Virus record (IMG/VR): IMGVR_UViG_3300032093_000021
Span: 1-64,000 of that record
DNA from: a virus
DNA: 64,000 bases
Direction: 5' to 3' (one strand)
Positions 10,375 to 18,472 of the stretch are shown one piece after another. Below the pieces are notes generated by a model. The model was not told the DNA's origin. It worked only from the letters and a program-made list of their open reading frames with translations, and made no database searches. The translations under genes and the position numbers were made by a program. Positions within the stretch are counted from its first letter, which is position 1. Each line of letters starts with the position of its first letter.

Positions 10375-10743
10375 TTATATTACATAATCAATAGAAAAAA
10401 GATCTAAATCTGATTCTGAACCCTCGTTATCAGTATATGTAATACAAGATTTAATATCCTTATCCAAGGATACCAAAAATGATTTGTAATACATTGGGGC
10501 TCTAACCACAATAAGAAGATCTTTATTCTCGTTTATTTGATAATTAACCAATACAGAATTAGGCATATTCTGAAAATACTGGTTATCAATAAACAATTTA
10601 ATAAACCATAATTTTGTTAAGTCTTCTAATGAAGGATGATTAGGATTTTTGGAAAAAAGAGAGTGATATTGATAAACAAATCTCTGAAGTAGATGATATA
10701 ATATTAAATCGTTTGTGTTGATTGATAATGTAATTTTTTTCAT
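10375..10743 (-). CDS. Hypothetical protein
   Basis: 122-aa ORF. Confidence 0.5.
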   Translation of the reverse strand: MKKITLSINTNDLILYHLLQRFVYQYHSLFSKNPNHPSLEDLTKLWFIKLFIDNQYFQNMPNSVLVNYQINENKDLLIVVRAPMYYKSFLVSLDKDIKSCITYTDNEGSESDLDLFSIDYVI

Positions 10744-10784
10744 AATAGGGAAATATAAACATTATTTCCATATAAGTCAAAATA

Positions 10785-11090
10785 TCAATTACCAATAATT
10801 AAATCATCATAATTCAAAGTATCCATCCCTTTTTGTTTGTCCTTAACGTCCTCGTACATATAAGATTTAACGACAGATAATATACTTGATTCTGATTGTG
10901 CAATTTTTGACTCCATCCAATCATCTAATTGTTCTCCTTCCTCCATCATTTCCCACATTTTGTATGCTAAAGTTGCAATGGTAAACAATTGTTGTTTCGC
11001 CATATAACTTCCTTCCTCGTTGGATTCATTAACCATTTGTTGGTCAACGATTCTCTTCAATTGATCCGGACTAATTAAATAATTTTTCAT
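10785..11090 (-). CDS. Hypothetical phage protein, possibly virion-associated
   Basis: YMAKQQL...QLDDWMESKI; TATTTATT upstream. Confidence 0.6.
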   Translation of the reverse strand: MKNYLISPDQLKRIVDQQMVNESNEEGSYMAKQQLFTIATLAYKMWEMMEEGEQLDDWMESKIAQSESSILSVVKSYMYEDVKDKQKGMDTLNYDDLIIGN

Positions 11091-11120
11091 TTCTACTTTT
11101 TTAATAAATATTTATAAAAC

Positions 11121-11147
11121 AAAAAAAGTGAGGAAAATCCTCACTTT
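11121..11147 (-). terminator. Intrinsic terminator
   Basis: AAAGTGAGGA-TTT-TCCTCACTTT followed by T run on minus strand. Confidence 0.75.
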
Positions 11148-11188
11148 AGGGCTGAACCTGGTTTGGGTTCGTTCCACCACCAACTTTA

Positions 11189-11491
11189 TTAAAAGCTGGA
11201 AACTTTTTTTGTTCTCGGTATATTGAAATACAAATCATTAATTTCATCAATTGTAGCAAATGGTAGCACATCATCCCCTCTTCTCGCGAAAAATGATGTT
11301 ACGAATTTATTGGAATCCTTATCAATAACCGCAACTTCAAAGGAAGTTTCGAAGTCACCATAAAGACCTATTCCACCACCAACAATAGAAAGAAGATAAT
11401 TACCAATCTCCATGGTGAACATTCTACCTTCTCTACCTACAGGATGTAAACGGGATTTCCTTTTTATGAAATCAATTGTCAAAGGTTTCAT
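11189..11491 (-). CDS. Hypothetical phage protein
   Basis: LSIVGGGIGLYGD...FEVAV conserved-looking core. Confidence 0.6.
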   Translation of the reverse strand: MKPLTIDFIKRKSRLHPVGREGRMFTMEIGNYLLSIVGGGIGLYGDFETSFEVAVIDKDSNKFVTSFFARRGDDVLPFATIDEINDLYFNIPRTKKVSSF

Positions 11492-11763
11492 GAAGGTTGC
11501 TCAATTTTAGATTTGGTAATTATTTGTTCTGTAAGAGAACTAGAATCAAAAGAAGTTGATATAATAGACTCTTTTAATACTGAATGGGGTATGTTAATCA
11601 AAAAATCCTCCCCATTGAAATATGTCAGATCTTCCTTCAACATCAAACAACCATTGACCATCTTCAAAAACAATTTGAACTGAACCGGATTAACAAAAGT
11701 TTCCTGTAGTAATACACCTAAGGTTAAGTGTTGAATCTTGATTGTTTTTGTTAATAAAGTCAT
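11488..11763 (-). CDS. Hypothetical protein
   Basis: TATCTTTG upstream (caaagata at 11781-11788). Confidence 0.6.
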   Translation of the reverse strand: MTLLTKTIKIQHLTLGVLLQETFVNPVQFKLFLKMVNGCLMLKEDLTYFNGEDFLINIPHSVLKESIISTSFDSSSLTEQIITKSKIEQPS

Positions 11764-11812
11764 ACATTTGATTTAGAAATCAAAGATATGCTTTTTTTTA
11801 GAAATTGAAAAA

Positions 11813-12502
11813 TTAAAACAAAGATTTTTTTCCTCGTTGTTGTATATTTTGTCTATTTTTCATGAAAATATCAAAATCACTTGATCCTTGGCCTCCGTCG
11901 GTTTTAACACCTTGATTTCCATCGGTTTTAACACCTTGATTTCCATCGGTTTTAACACCTTGATTTCCATCGGTTTTAACACCTTGATCTCCATCGGTTT
12001 TATCTCCTTGGTTTTGATCAATTTTTACCTCATTTCCTTTATCGGTTTTATCTCCTGAATTTCCACAGAATGTCAAAGGTGTTTGAGGTGGGTATATGGA
12101 TTGTATAATACAAACCTGAGCCATTACTTGTTCTTTATTTGTACTCAATTGTTTTAATAATTCACTTCTCATGAAATTTTTTACGCATTGGCAGGGATCT
12201 TCTTTTTCACCACAAGGAACCGGATTAGGATTCAAAATTGGTACTTTTGTGGTTGCCATAGTTGGGTTTTTTAAACCGGTTATTGCTTTTTCAATCATAT
12301 CTTTTTCTTCCTTACTCAACTTCTTGTAATCTTCTGTTTTTTGATAACTTTCAAAATCTCCAGCAATTTGGTCACATGTTCTATTGGCCAAATAATAATC
12401 CAAATATGCTTTGATTTCATCTTCTGGAGATTCTCTCAACAATCCGTACATTTTACGAATTTCATTTTTTTCTGACTCTGTAATTATAAATCTTTTTTTC
12501 AT
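11813..12502 (-). CDS. Hypothetical protein with IITESE leader and GVKTDGNQ repeats
   Basis: Leader nearly identical to 12506..13501. Confidence 0.65.
   Translation of the reverse strand: MKKRFIITESEKNEIRKMYGLLRESPEDEIKAYLDYYLANRTCDQIAGDFESYQKTEDYKKLSKEEKDMIEKAITGLKNPTMATTKVPILNPNPVPCGEKEDPCQCVKNFMRSELLKQLSTNKEQVMAQVCIIQSIYPPQTPLTFCGNSGDKTDKGNEVKIDQNQGDKTDGDQGVKTDGNQGVKTDGNQGVKTDGNQGVKTDGGQGSSDFDIFMKNRQNIQQRGKKSLF
11895..12010. repeat. 24-bp coding tandem repeat (about 4-5 copies)
   Basis: Unit ccatcggttttaacaccttgattt encoding GVKTDGNQ. Confidence 0.9.
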
Positions 12503-12505
12503 ATA

Positions 12506-13501
12506 TTATTGTTTTTTTGGATATAATACTATTAATGAGTAAATTCTCGTGTTATTTTCAAATTTACCACCTTTCAACTCTACTGCACCATATTCAGTAT
12601 TTTTACTTATCGTATTTTGACAAGATTGACATGATGACTCTCCAGGTAAATTAAATCTTAGGAAAAGACCATAAACCGGAGTATTTCCTAAATTGACTGA
12701 AAAAGTTTTCTTTTCCATGTCCAACTTGATTGAGGTTAAATCCAAACTTTTTCCTCTAGTTTGGTCTTTAATTTTTGTTTCAAGTTCATCAACAGTTTGT
12801 GCTTGAATATTAATGGTTCCAGATCCACTTTGATTATTTGTATTTTTGTTTGTACTAGATCCCGCTTGAATTGGATAACCTTTAGTTGTTCCTATTTGTA
12901 CACCATTTTTATCTAAAATTGGAGTATCCACGATTTGTCTGTAGTAAAAATAGGTTTCATAAATTGGTGATGATTTACCTCCTTGGGCTACAATAGGGTT
13001 TTGATTTTTTTTGAAAAATGCATATTTTGAAGGATCACTTTGAAATGCAGATGGAATTGCCACCCCTCTATGTCCCCAACCACCTCTACCATCAAAGCTA
13101 GTTATTGCTTTATCCTCAGTCGTTGCACTTAACGGAATTTTTATTTCCAAGAAATTATCATCTTTTGTCATGGTTATACCATCTAAATCAGGAATTACGT
13201 AAGTTCCTGAGTTGTACAATTCCTTGAGGTAATCACCAGTCACTTTTTTAGCAACCGCAGTTGCTTGATGTATTGAATCACCTTTACTACCATCTTTATG
13301 TTGAATACAAAACCCAGTCTCAGGACCATTATATGTTACTTTTACCTCTGAAGCAGTTTTAGAAACATCAACTTTTGGTTTAGTAACTCCATCACCATTC
13401 TGATAATTTTCAAAATCGCACCTTATCTGTTCTGTGATCAGTCCATACATCTTACGAATTTCGTATTTTTCTGACTCAGTAATTATAAATCTTCCTCCCA
13501 T
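12506..13501 (-). CDS. Hypothetical protein with IITESE leader
   Basis: MGGRFIITESEKYEIRKMYGLITEQ; TATTTATG 4 nt before ATG. Confidence 0.65.
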   Translation of the reverse strand: MGGRFIITESEKYEIRKMYGLITEQIRCDFENYQNGDGVTKPKVDVSKTASEVKVTYNGPETGFCIQHKDGSKGDSIHQATAVAKKVTGDYLKELYNSGTYVIPDLDGITMTKDDNFLEIKIPLSATTEDKAITSFDGRGGWGHRGVAIPSAFQSDPSKYAFFKKNQNPIVAQGGKSSPIYETYFYYRQIVDTPILDKNGVQIGTTKGYPIQAGSSTNKNTNNQSGSGTINIQAQTVDELETKIKDQTRGKSLDLTSIKLDMEKKTFSVNLGNTPVYGLFLRFNLPGESSCQSCQNTISKNTEYGAVELKGGKFENNTRIYSLIVLYPKKQ

Positions 13502-13523
13502 AATTCATAAATATCTATGGGCA

Positions 13524-13565
13524 CAAAAAAACCTCCAACTTTTTTCTACAAAAATCAGAGGTTTT
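13524..13565 (-). terminator. Terminator downstream of the large ncRNA
   Basis: AACCTC...GAGGTT stem followed by T run on minus strand. Confidence 0.6.
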
Positions 13566-13595
13566 ACTATATAGCAATAGGGGTATTGAAAAAAA

Positions 13596-14430
13596 CGCTG
13601 AGATTACACGTTAGTTCAGAGAATCTTTCGAAGGATTATTTGGTTCCCTTCTTATCCACTTCCTTTTGAGAAGTAATCCTCAATGACGATTGATTGGGTC
13701 AATCACACCTAAAGGTTTCAATTACTCTCTCATTACTCAACTCTCTTCGAAGATGCCTCCCCGACGCGTCCTTGCGGGACTAGAGGTTTTTGGTAAGAAT
13801 ACACTCAGACTTGCGATCCTTGTGTGCAATGAACGGCTCATTACTATGTAGTCACCTTTCATTGAAACCTGACGAACACTTTTGCTTAATTGATTTAATG
13901 GACTTAAATGCATTAAGTTTTGTGTTGCGAATGTGTCGAAGTAGTGGTTCGTCTTAGGCTTCGTTATCTTTTGAACAACGAAATACCAAACTACTCCGTG
14001 AGATGTCCCCACCTCCTTGCTTCAAGTAAACTTCATAACTCATACCCTTGGTAGGGTTAAGGTTAAGGACTCCAACAGCACCACCTGTACGGGATCATAC
14101 CTTTCGGTTTTAAGCTTACTTTAGTAATGGAGACCGCAATCGTGTTGTCGGATAACAACATATCTTACAGGAATCCTATGGGTTATTCTTATTGATCTTC
14201 CGACCTCAATCCGAGAATTCGCGTCCCCGGATCATCTAACCACTCCCCCTACAGTGTTACCCTCGGTACTAGAGGTTAGATGATATCCCACTTGTATACT
14301 CGAGTTCCATTTCTGAAACCGCAAAGTCATTAACACAGATGACTTCACTTTATCTCACTTTCGTGGTTTATTTAAGGACCATATACGGCCCATTACCTTT
14401 ATCAAATGACCGAAGTCAGATGAACGGATA
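13596..14430 (-). ncRNA. Large ornate structured RNA, GOLLD-like (~830 nt; ends approximate)
   Basis: No credible ORF; GC-richer than flanks; many hairpins with minus-strand UUCG/GNRA loops; 11-bp perfect helix 14231-41/14274-84; next to tRNA; own promoter and terminator. Confidence 0.75.
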
Positions 14431-14439
14431 ATTATTTTA

Positions 14440-14451
14440 ATTCAAAGAACT
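14440..14451 (-). promoter_or_regulatory. boxA-like antitermination element AGTTCTTTGAAT
   Basis: Resembles rRNA-leader boxA; about 10 nt before ncRNA; analogous AGATCTTTAAAA at 14731-14742 before tRNA. Confidence 0.55.
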
Positions 14452-14595
14452 GTTAAGTTAGACAAGAAGAGGAATCTTTACGACCACTCACTAACCTCCA
14501 CTTATAATCACCGGTTTTTGTCTGATTTTAGAGACTCATTCCGGTAGGACTGAGAGTAGTGGAACCTTTACAACCCCTTCTCGTCTTTTGTTTCA

Positions 14596-14627
14596 CAAAG
14601 GTAAGAAAGGTTTTTCAAACTTCCAAA
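14596..14627 (-). promoter_or_regulatory. Bacteroidota consensus promoter for ncRNA
   Basis: TTTG-N20-TACCTTTG. Confidence 0.8.
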
Positions 14628-14650
14628 TCTTTTTTTGAAACTTTTTTTTG

Positions 14651-14722
14651 TTGCGGCGATTGGATTCGAACCAATGATCCCTAGGTTATGAGCCTAGTGA
14701 GATACCACTTCTCCACGCCACG
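14651..14722 (-). tRNA. tRNA-Met(CAT), initiator type
   Basis: Cloverleaf CGTGGCG...CTAGG-CTCATAA-CCTAG...ATTGG-TTCGAAT-CCAAT-CGCCGCAA; C1:A72 mismatch; CCA not encoded. Confidence 0.93.
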
Positions 14723-14793
14723 ATATAATATTTTAAAGATCTTTCAAATTAAGGATGAGTTGAGTATTTCGTCCCTCATCCCCATTTGTTTCA

Positions 14794-14824
14794 CAAAGAT
14801 AAGAAGTCATTTCCAAACTTCAAA
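14794..14824 (-). promoter_or_regulatory. Bacteroidota consensus promoter for tRNA
   Basis: TTTG-N19-TATCTTTG; the block is a near-duplicate of 14588-14648. Confidence 0.8.
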
Positions 14825-15064
14825 ATCTTTTTGAAAAATTTTTTTGGTCATCAAATACAACAGACAATTTATGGACCTCCACTCTTGGGTCAGGTTTGCC
14901 CGGTTATCAGAACCAAAATTTCTCAATTCTTACCGATGAGATTACAAAGATAATGAATTAAGAGATACCAATCTATATATAAGGAAAATTGTGTTATATA
15001 AATATATTCAACTTACTGAAAAATCAATCTTTTTTTTTAATTTTTTTTTACATATTTATATGTA

Positions 15065-15412
15065 ATGAAAATCAGAATTGGAAATAATACATTCAAAGTA
15101 AAAACCTTAATTGATAAGAAATCCCAATCTATCGGAATGATGGGTAAAAGATTTGATGATACCTTTAACGGATTACTTTTTATAATGGGTGGTGATAAAC
15201 AATGTTTTTGGATGAAAAACTGCGTAATTCCTTTAGATATTATTATTATTAAAAATAATGTAATTGTTAATATACATCACGATTGTCCTCCTTGTCATAA
15301 TGATCCCTGCGCGTCTTACTGCGGAAATGGAAACATTGTTTTAGAACTTGAGGGTGGTACTTGTGAAGAGTTGGGTATAGAACCCGGAGATGTGATTAAA
15401 TATTTATTTTAA
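15065..15412 (+). CDS. DUF192 family protein
   Basis: GMMG..GLLF..FWMKN..IPLDII..VLELEGG. Confidence 0.85.
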   Translation: MKIRIGNNTFKVKTLIDKKSQSIGMMGKRFDDTFNGLLFIMGGDKQCFWMKNCVIPLDIIIIKNNVIVNIHHDCPPCHNDPCASYCGNGNIVLELEGGTCEELGIEPGDVIKYLF

Positions 15413-15814
15413 TTATTCCCAATAAACCCAATATTCCAAACCATTATTATCACATTCTATATGTGATCCACCCCATCCATCTATATGTTCAAAATAAACT
15501 TTTGAACCATTTGTAAGTGTTACCAGATCTTCCTTTTTTAGTGACATATTAGTTGTCAACTTGATTTTTTTTCCGTTTTTATCTACTGTCGCTAAACCAT
15601 CAATTTTATAAATTTTGAAAGAATTTTGTTTTGGTACTCCGGTATATTCTTTTGCCTTTTTTTGCATAACATTGATAAGTTTATCTGTACATCCGGCAAC
15701 ATCTGAAGATAAAACTTCTTCATCTTCATTCAATAACCCTCCTCTCTTAAATGATTCATGCATATTCAAGATTCTCTCTCTTTCTGTTTCTGATATAATT
15801 GTCCTACGATTCAT
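15413..15814 (-). CDS. Hypothetical protein with IISE leader
   Basis: MNRRTIISETERERILNMH; TATTTATA upstream. Confidence 0.6.
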   Translation of the reverse strand: MNRRTIISETERERILNMHESFKRGGLLNEDEEVLSSDVAGCTDKLINVMQKKAKEYTGVPKQNSFKIYKIDGLATVDKNGKKIKLTTNMSLKKEDLVTLTNGSKVYFEHIDGWGGSHIECDNNGLEYWVYWE

Positions 15815-15866
15815 AAAATATTTTTTATATAAATATCATATAAATAAAAAAAGAGGTAAAAACCTC

Positions 15867-16718
15867 TCATTTTAATTCTAATTCAATTTGTTTTTTCTTA
15901 TCAACAAACGCCTGAACTCGTTGTCTTGCTATGTCAGTATAGTTTCGAGATAGTTCAATACCGATCCACCTTCTCCCCAATATCTCAGCCGCCACCAAAC
16001 TAGTTCCACTACCGGCAAAAGGATCCAAAACTATTTCATTCTTATATGTTAGGATCTTAATTGCCTTATCCGGGATATCCATTGAGAATGTTGCCTTGGT
16101 TAATGATTTGGTGTCGGCAAAGTATTCCCACCTCCCAAATACCAAATCCATAAACTCTTTCTTATCCTCCGGAGAATAAACCATTTTAGTTTTGATTGTT
16201 CCATCTTCACCTTCCACTTCTGTTGGAATACCGACCCACTGGGGTTCTCCTTTTTCTTTCTTAATTTTAACTTTCTTATATCCGAGTATCACACATTCTT
16301 TCGGGTTATAGATATAAGGTGAAGACGGACTCATCCAAGATCCCCAAGCTGTTTGTCTAACCCGGTGTGGTGAGTTTTCGGTAAGGTCTACTGTTCCAAA
16401 GTAGTTGAATCCTATCTCTTTCATAACTGCGTAGAACTCAGCATTAAATAAGATTCTTCCTCCCCGGTCCTGAACATTCATTTCAATGGGAACATTAACC
16501 GCAATTCTTCCATCATCTTTTAATACCCTCAACGATTCCTTCAACCACTTCCTAGTAAAATCCCAATACTCATCCATTGTTTTGGTATCATCATAGGTAT
16601 CGTAAGCAATTCCCGCGTTATAGGGTGGTGATGTTACAATAAGATCAATACTACCTTCAGGGAATGTTTTCATTACCTCAATACAATCTCCATTTATAAT
16701 TCTATTAGTTTGCAACAT
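15867..16718 (-). CDS. Orphan beta-class N4/N6 DNA methyltransferase
   Basis: TSPPY (motif IV) before DPFAGSGT (motif I). Confidence 0.92.
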   Translation of the reverse strand: MLQTNRIINGDCIEVMKTFPEGSIDLIVTSPPYNAGIAYDTYDDTKTMDEYWDFTRKWLKESLRVLKDDGRIAVNVPIEMNVQDRGGRILFNAEFYAVMKEIGFNYFGTVDLTENSPHRVRQTAWGSWMSPSSPYIYNPKECVILGYKKVKIKKEKGEPQWVGIPTEVEGEDGTIKTKMVYSPEDKKEFMDLVFGRWEYFADTKSLTKATFSMDIPDKAIKILTYKNEIVLDPFAGSGTSLVAAEILGRRWIGIELSRNYTDIARQRVQAFVDKKKQIELELK

Positions 16719-16995
16719 ATTCCCAAGTGTTTTCTTTTTTTATTGGTGTTACTTCTATATCCAAGAACACCGCGTTTTGATCGCCAGCATGAAGACCTAA
16801 TATATTAAAATCATAAAACTCCTCCGCTTCACCCATAGTCATTAAATCTCTTTTTTGAAGTATATCCAATATTTTAGGTTTTGAATAAAGTATTCTCCTT
16901 CCATTACCGAACTCCTCAACAATACCGATGATCGCCTCTTCAAACCCGGTAAGCATTATTGCGCCTTCCGCATACTGATGAATATCAACTAACAT
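16705..16995 (-). CDS. Hypothetical phage protein
   Basis: GFEEAIIG...EAEEFYDFNILG. Confidence 0.6.
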   Translation of the reverse strand: MLVDIHQYAEGAIMLTGFEEAIIGIVEEFGNGRRILYSKPKILDILQKRDLMTMGEAEEFYDFNILGLHAGDQNAVFLDIEVTPIKKENTWEYVAN

Positions 16996-17215
16996 TTTCT
17001 AATAATTTAATTTTTCTTTCCAGATACCATAAAGCCTTTTTAAGATCCTGAAGTTCTTTGTCGGTTTCTTTTTTACCCGCTCTCGCAACATACTTAACTA
17101 CATTGAAGATGTATGCGTCTTTGTGTAGATCCCAAGCTTCACATACCTTAATAACCTCATAAGGATTATTTTCACCACCATAATGATCCGGGTGATTGAT
17201 CATTTCTTTACTCAT
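16985..17215 (-). CDS. DUF3310 family protein
   Basis: INHPDHY, KYVARAGKK, DLKKALWYL. Confidence 0.88.
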   Translation of the reverse strand: MSKEMINHPDHYGGENNPYEVIKVCEAWDLHKDAYIFNVVKYVARAGKKETDKELQDLKKALWYLERKIKLLENVS

Positions 17216-17439
17216 AAAGATCTTTGCTTTTCTTTAAGTTTTTCGCGAGATTGTTGTTTCTTTGATTTAGTTATTTCCTTTTTGGAAACATCTGACATTT
17301 GCTTCTCTGTTGGAGCTGGTCTACCTTTCTTCCATTCGGATTTAGGGATAAATTCCCAACTGATACCTACCATGTTGTCAGCCATCTTGTTATCTACTCT
17401 TTGAATCTCTCCGGTTTTTTTGTTTCTAATTGTTTTCAT
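17212..17439 (-). CDS. Hypothetical basic protein
   Basis: W.FIPKSEWK motif; coupled ORF. Confidence 0.6.
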   Translation of the reverse strand: MKTIRNKKTGEIQRVDNKMADNMVGISWEFIPKSEWKKGRPAPTEKQMSDVSKKEITKSKKQQSREKLKEKQRSL

Positions 17440-17629
17440 TTTTATATTGTTTTAATTTTTCTTGAATTTCTTTTTCAGAAACACCTTCTAACAACCAATC
17501 TAAAACTTTTGCTGATATTTGGTCTTTGAATATTAAAGCATCTGAGTTAAATAATGGTTTTAAAGATTGTTCAGAGTTCAATCTTTTCTCTATTATTTCA
17601 TAACTAATAAATCGTTTGTTGAAACCCAT
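17426..17629 (-). CDS. Hypothetical protein (start MGFNKR)
   Basis: TATATTTG 3 nt before ATG. Confidence 0.55.
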   Translation of the reverse strand: MGFNKRFISYEIIEKRLNSEQSLKPLFNSDALIFKDQISAKVLDWLLEGVSEKEIQEKLKQYKNENN

Positions 17630-17663
17630 TAGCAAATATAAAAAAATAATTTGATAAAAGAAA

Positions 17664-18428
17664 TTATGCTTCTATTGTTGGAATATTTTTGAATTTTTTG
17701 GATTGATAAATATGACCAACCAACTTTCTTTTGAATAAAGGTAATAATGTTTCATTAATTGGATATTCTTTATCCGTTTTGAATTCATAAACCGGGGCTT
17801 TTTTTCTATGTGAATCAGATATGGTTGAAAAATTTTCTATTATTTGATTAAGTGTTAGATCTTTTTTATTTCCATTGTAGATTAGATCTACTTTGATATT
17901 TTGTTCATCTCCAATTGGTTCAATATCACTCAATGTATATTCCCAAACGTGAATCTGATTTTCGGTTTTTTCACCATAAATGACAAATCCACACTTATTA
18001 TCAAATAATTTTTTATTTCTTTTTATAGAGAAAGAAATTGATTCATAAACCATTTGCCAATAAGCTTTAAATAAACTGAAGTATTCATAAAATTTTTTCG
18101 CGGAAAATTTTATTATCTTATCAACCTCATCTTTATCTTGTTCGTTTAATTTCGGTGCCGGTTGAGCTATCAATTCTTTTAATAATACTTCATCATCAAA
18201 TGAAATAAATTTCTTGTTCGTGGATAAAATTATATTTTCTTTGATTAATGTTTGTAGGCTAGCCAATTGAAGGGACACCTCAATAAATGCTGGGTAAATT
18301 TTGTTTTGACTCAAAAAGTCATCCATTTTCTTTAAATAAGCTAATAGAATATATTTTTTGTGTTCAAAATCAATTGGTTCTTGGAAAATCCAATCGTGAT
18401 CTAAATTTAATTTAACTATGTCTTCCAT
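17664..18428 (-). CDS. Conserved hypothetical protein, Bacteroidota-like
   Basis: DWIFQEPIDFEHKKYILLAYL...YPINETLLP; likely start MEDIVK. Confidence 0.6.
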   Translation of the reverse strand: MEDIVKLNLDHDWIFQEPIDFEHKKYILLAYLKKMDDFLSQNKIYPAFIEVSLQLASLQTLIKENIILSTNKKFISFDDEVLLKELIAQPAPKLNEQDKDEVDKIIKFSAKKFYEYFSLFKAYWQMVYESISFSIKRNKKLFDNKCGFVIYGEKTENQIHVWEYTLSDIEPIGDEQNIKVDLIYNGNKKDLTLNQIIENFSTISDSHRKKAPVYEFKTDKEYPINETLLPLFKRKLVGHIYQSKKFKNIPTIEA

Positions 18429-18472
18429 TTTTTTATAAACAAAAGATAAATCAAATAATATAAATTTGAACA

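Noticed and set aside
11895-12010. Possible CRISPR or iteron array
   Set aside because: In-frame 24-bp coding repeat without spacers
13737-14012. 91-aa ORF inside the ncRNA
   Set aside because: Non-ATG start, atypical composition, lies wholly within dense RNA structure
13596-14430. rRNA fragment, RNase P, tmRNA or self-splicing intron
   Set aside because: No recognisable universal motifs of these RNAs by eye and no interrupted gene; needs cmsearch to exclude formally
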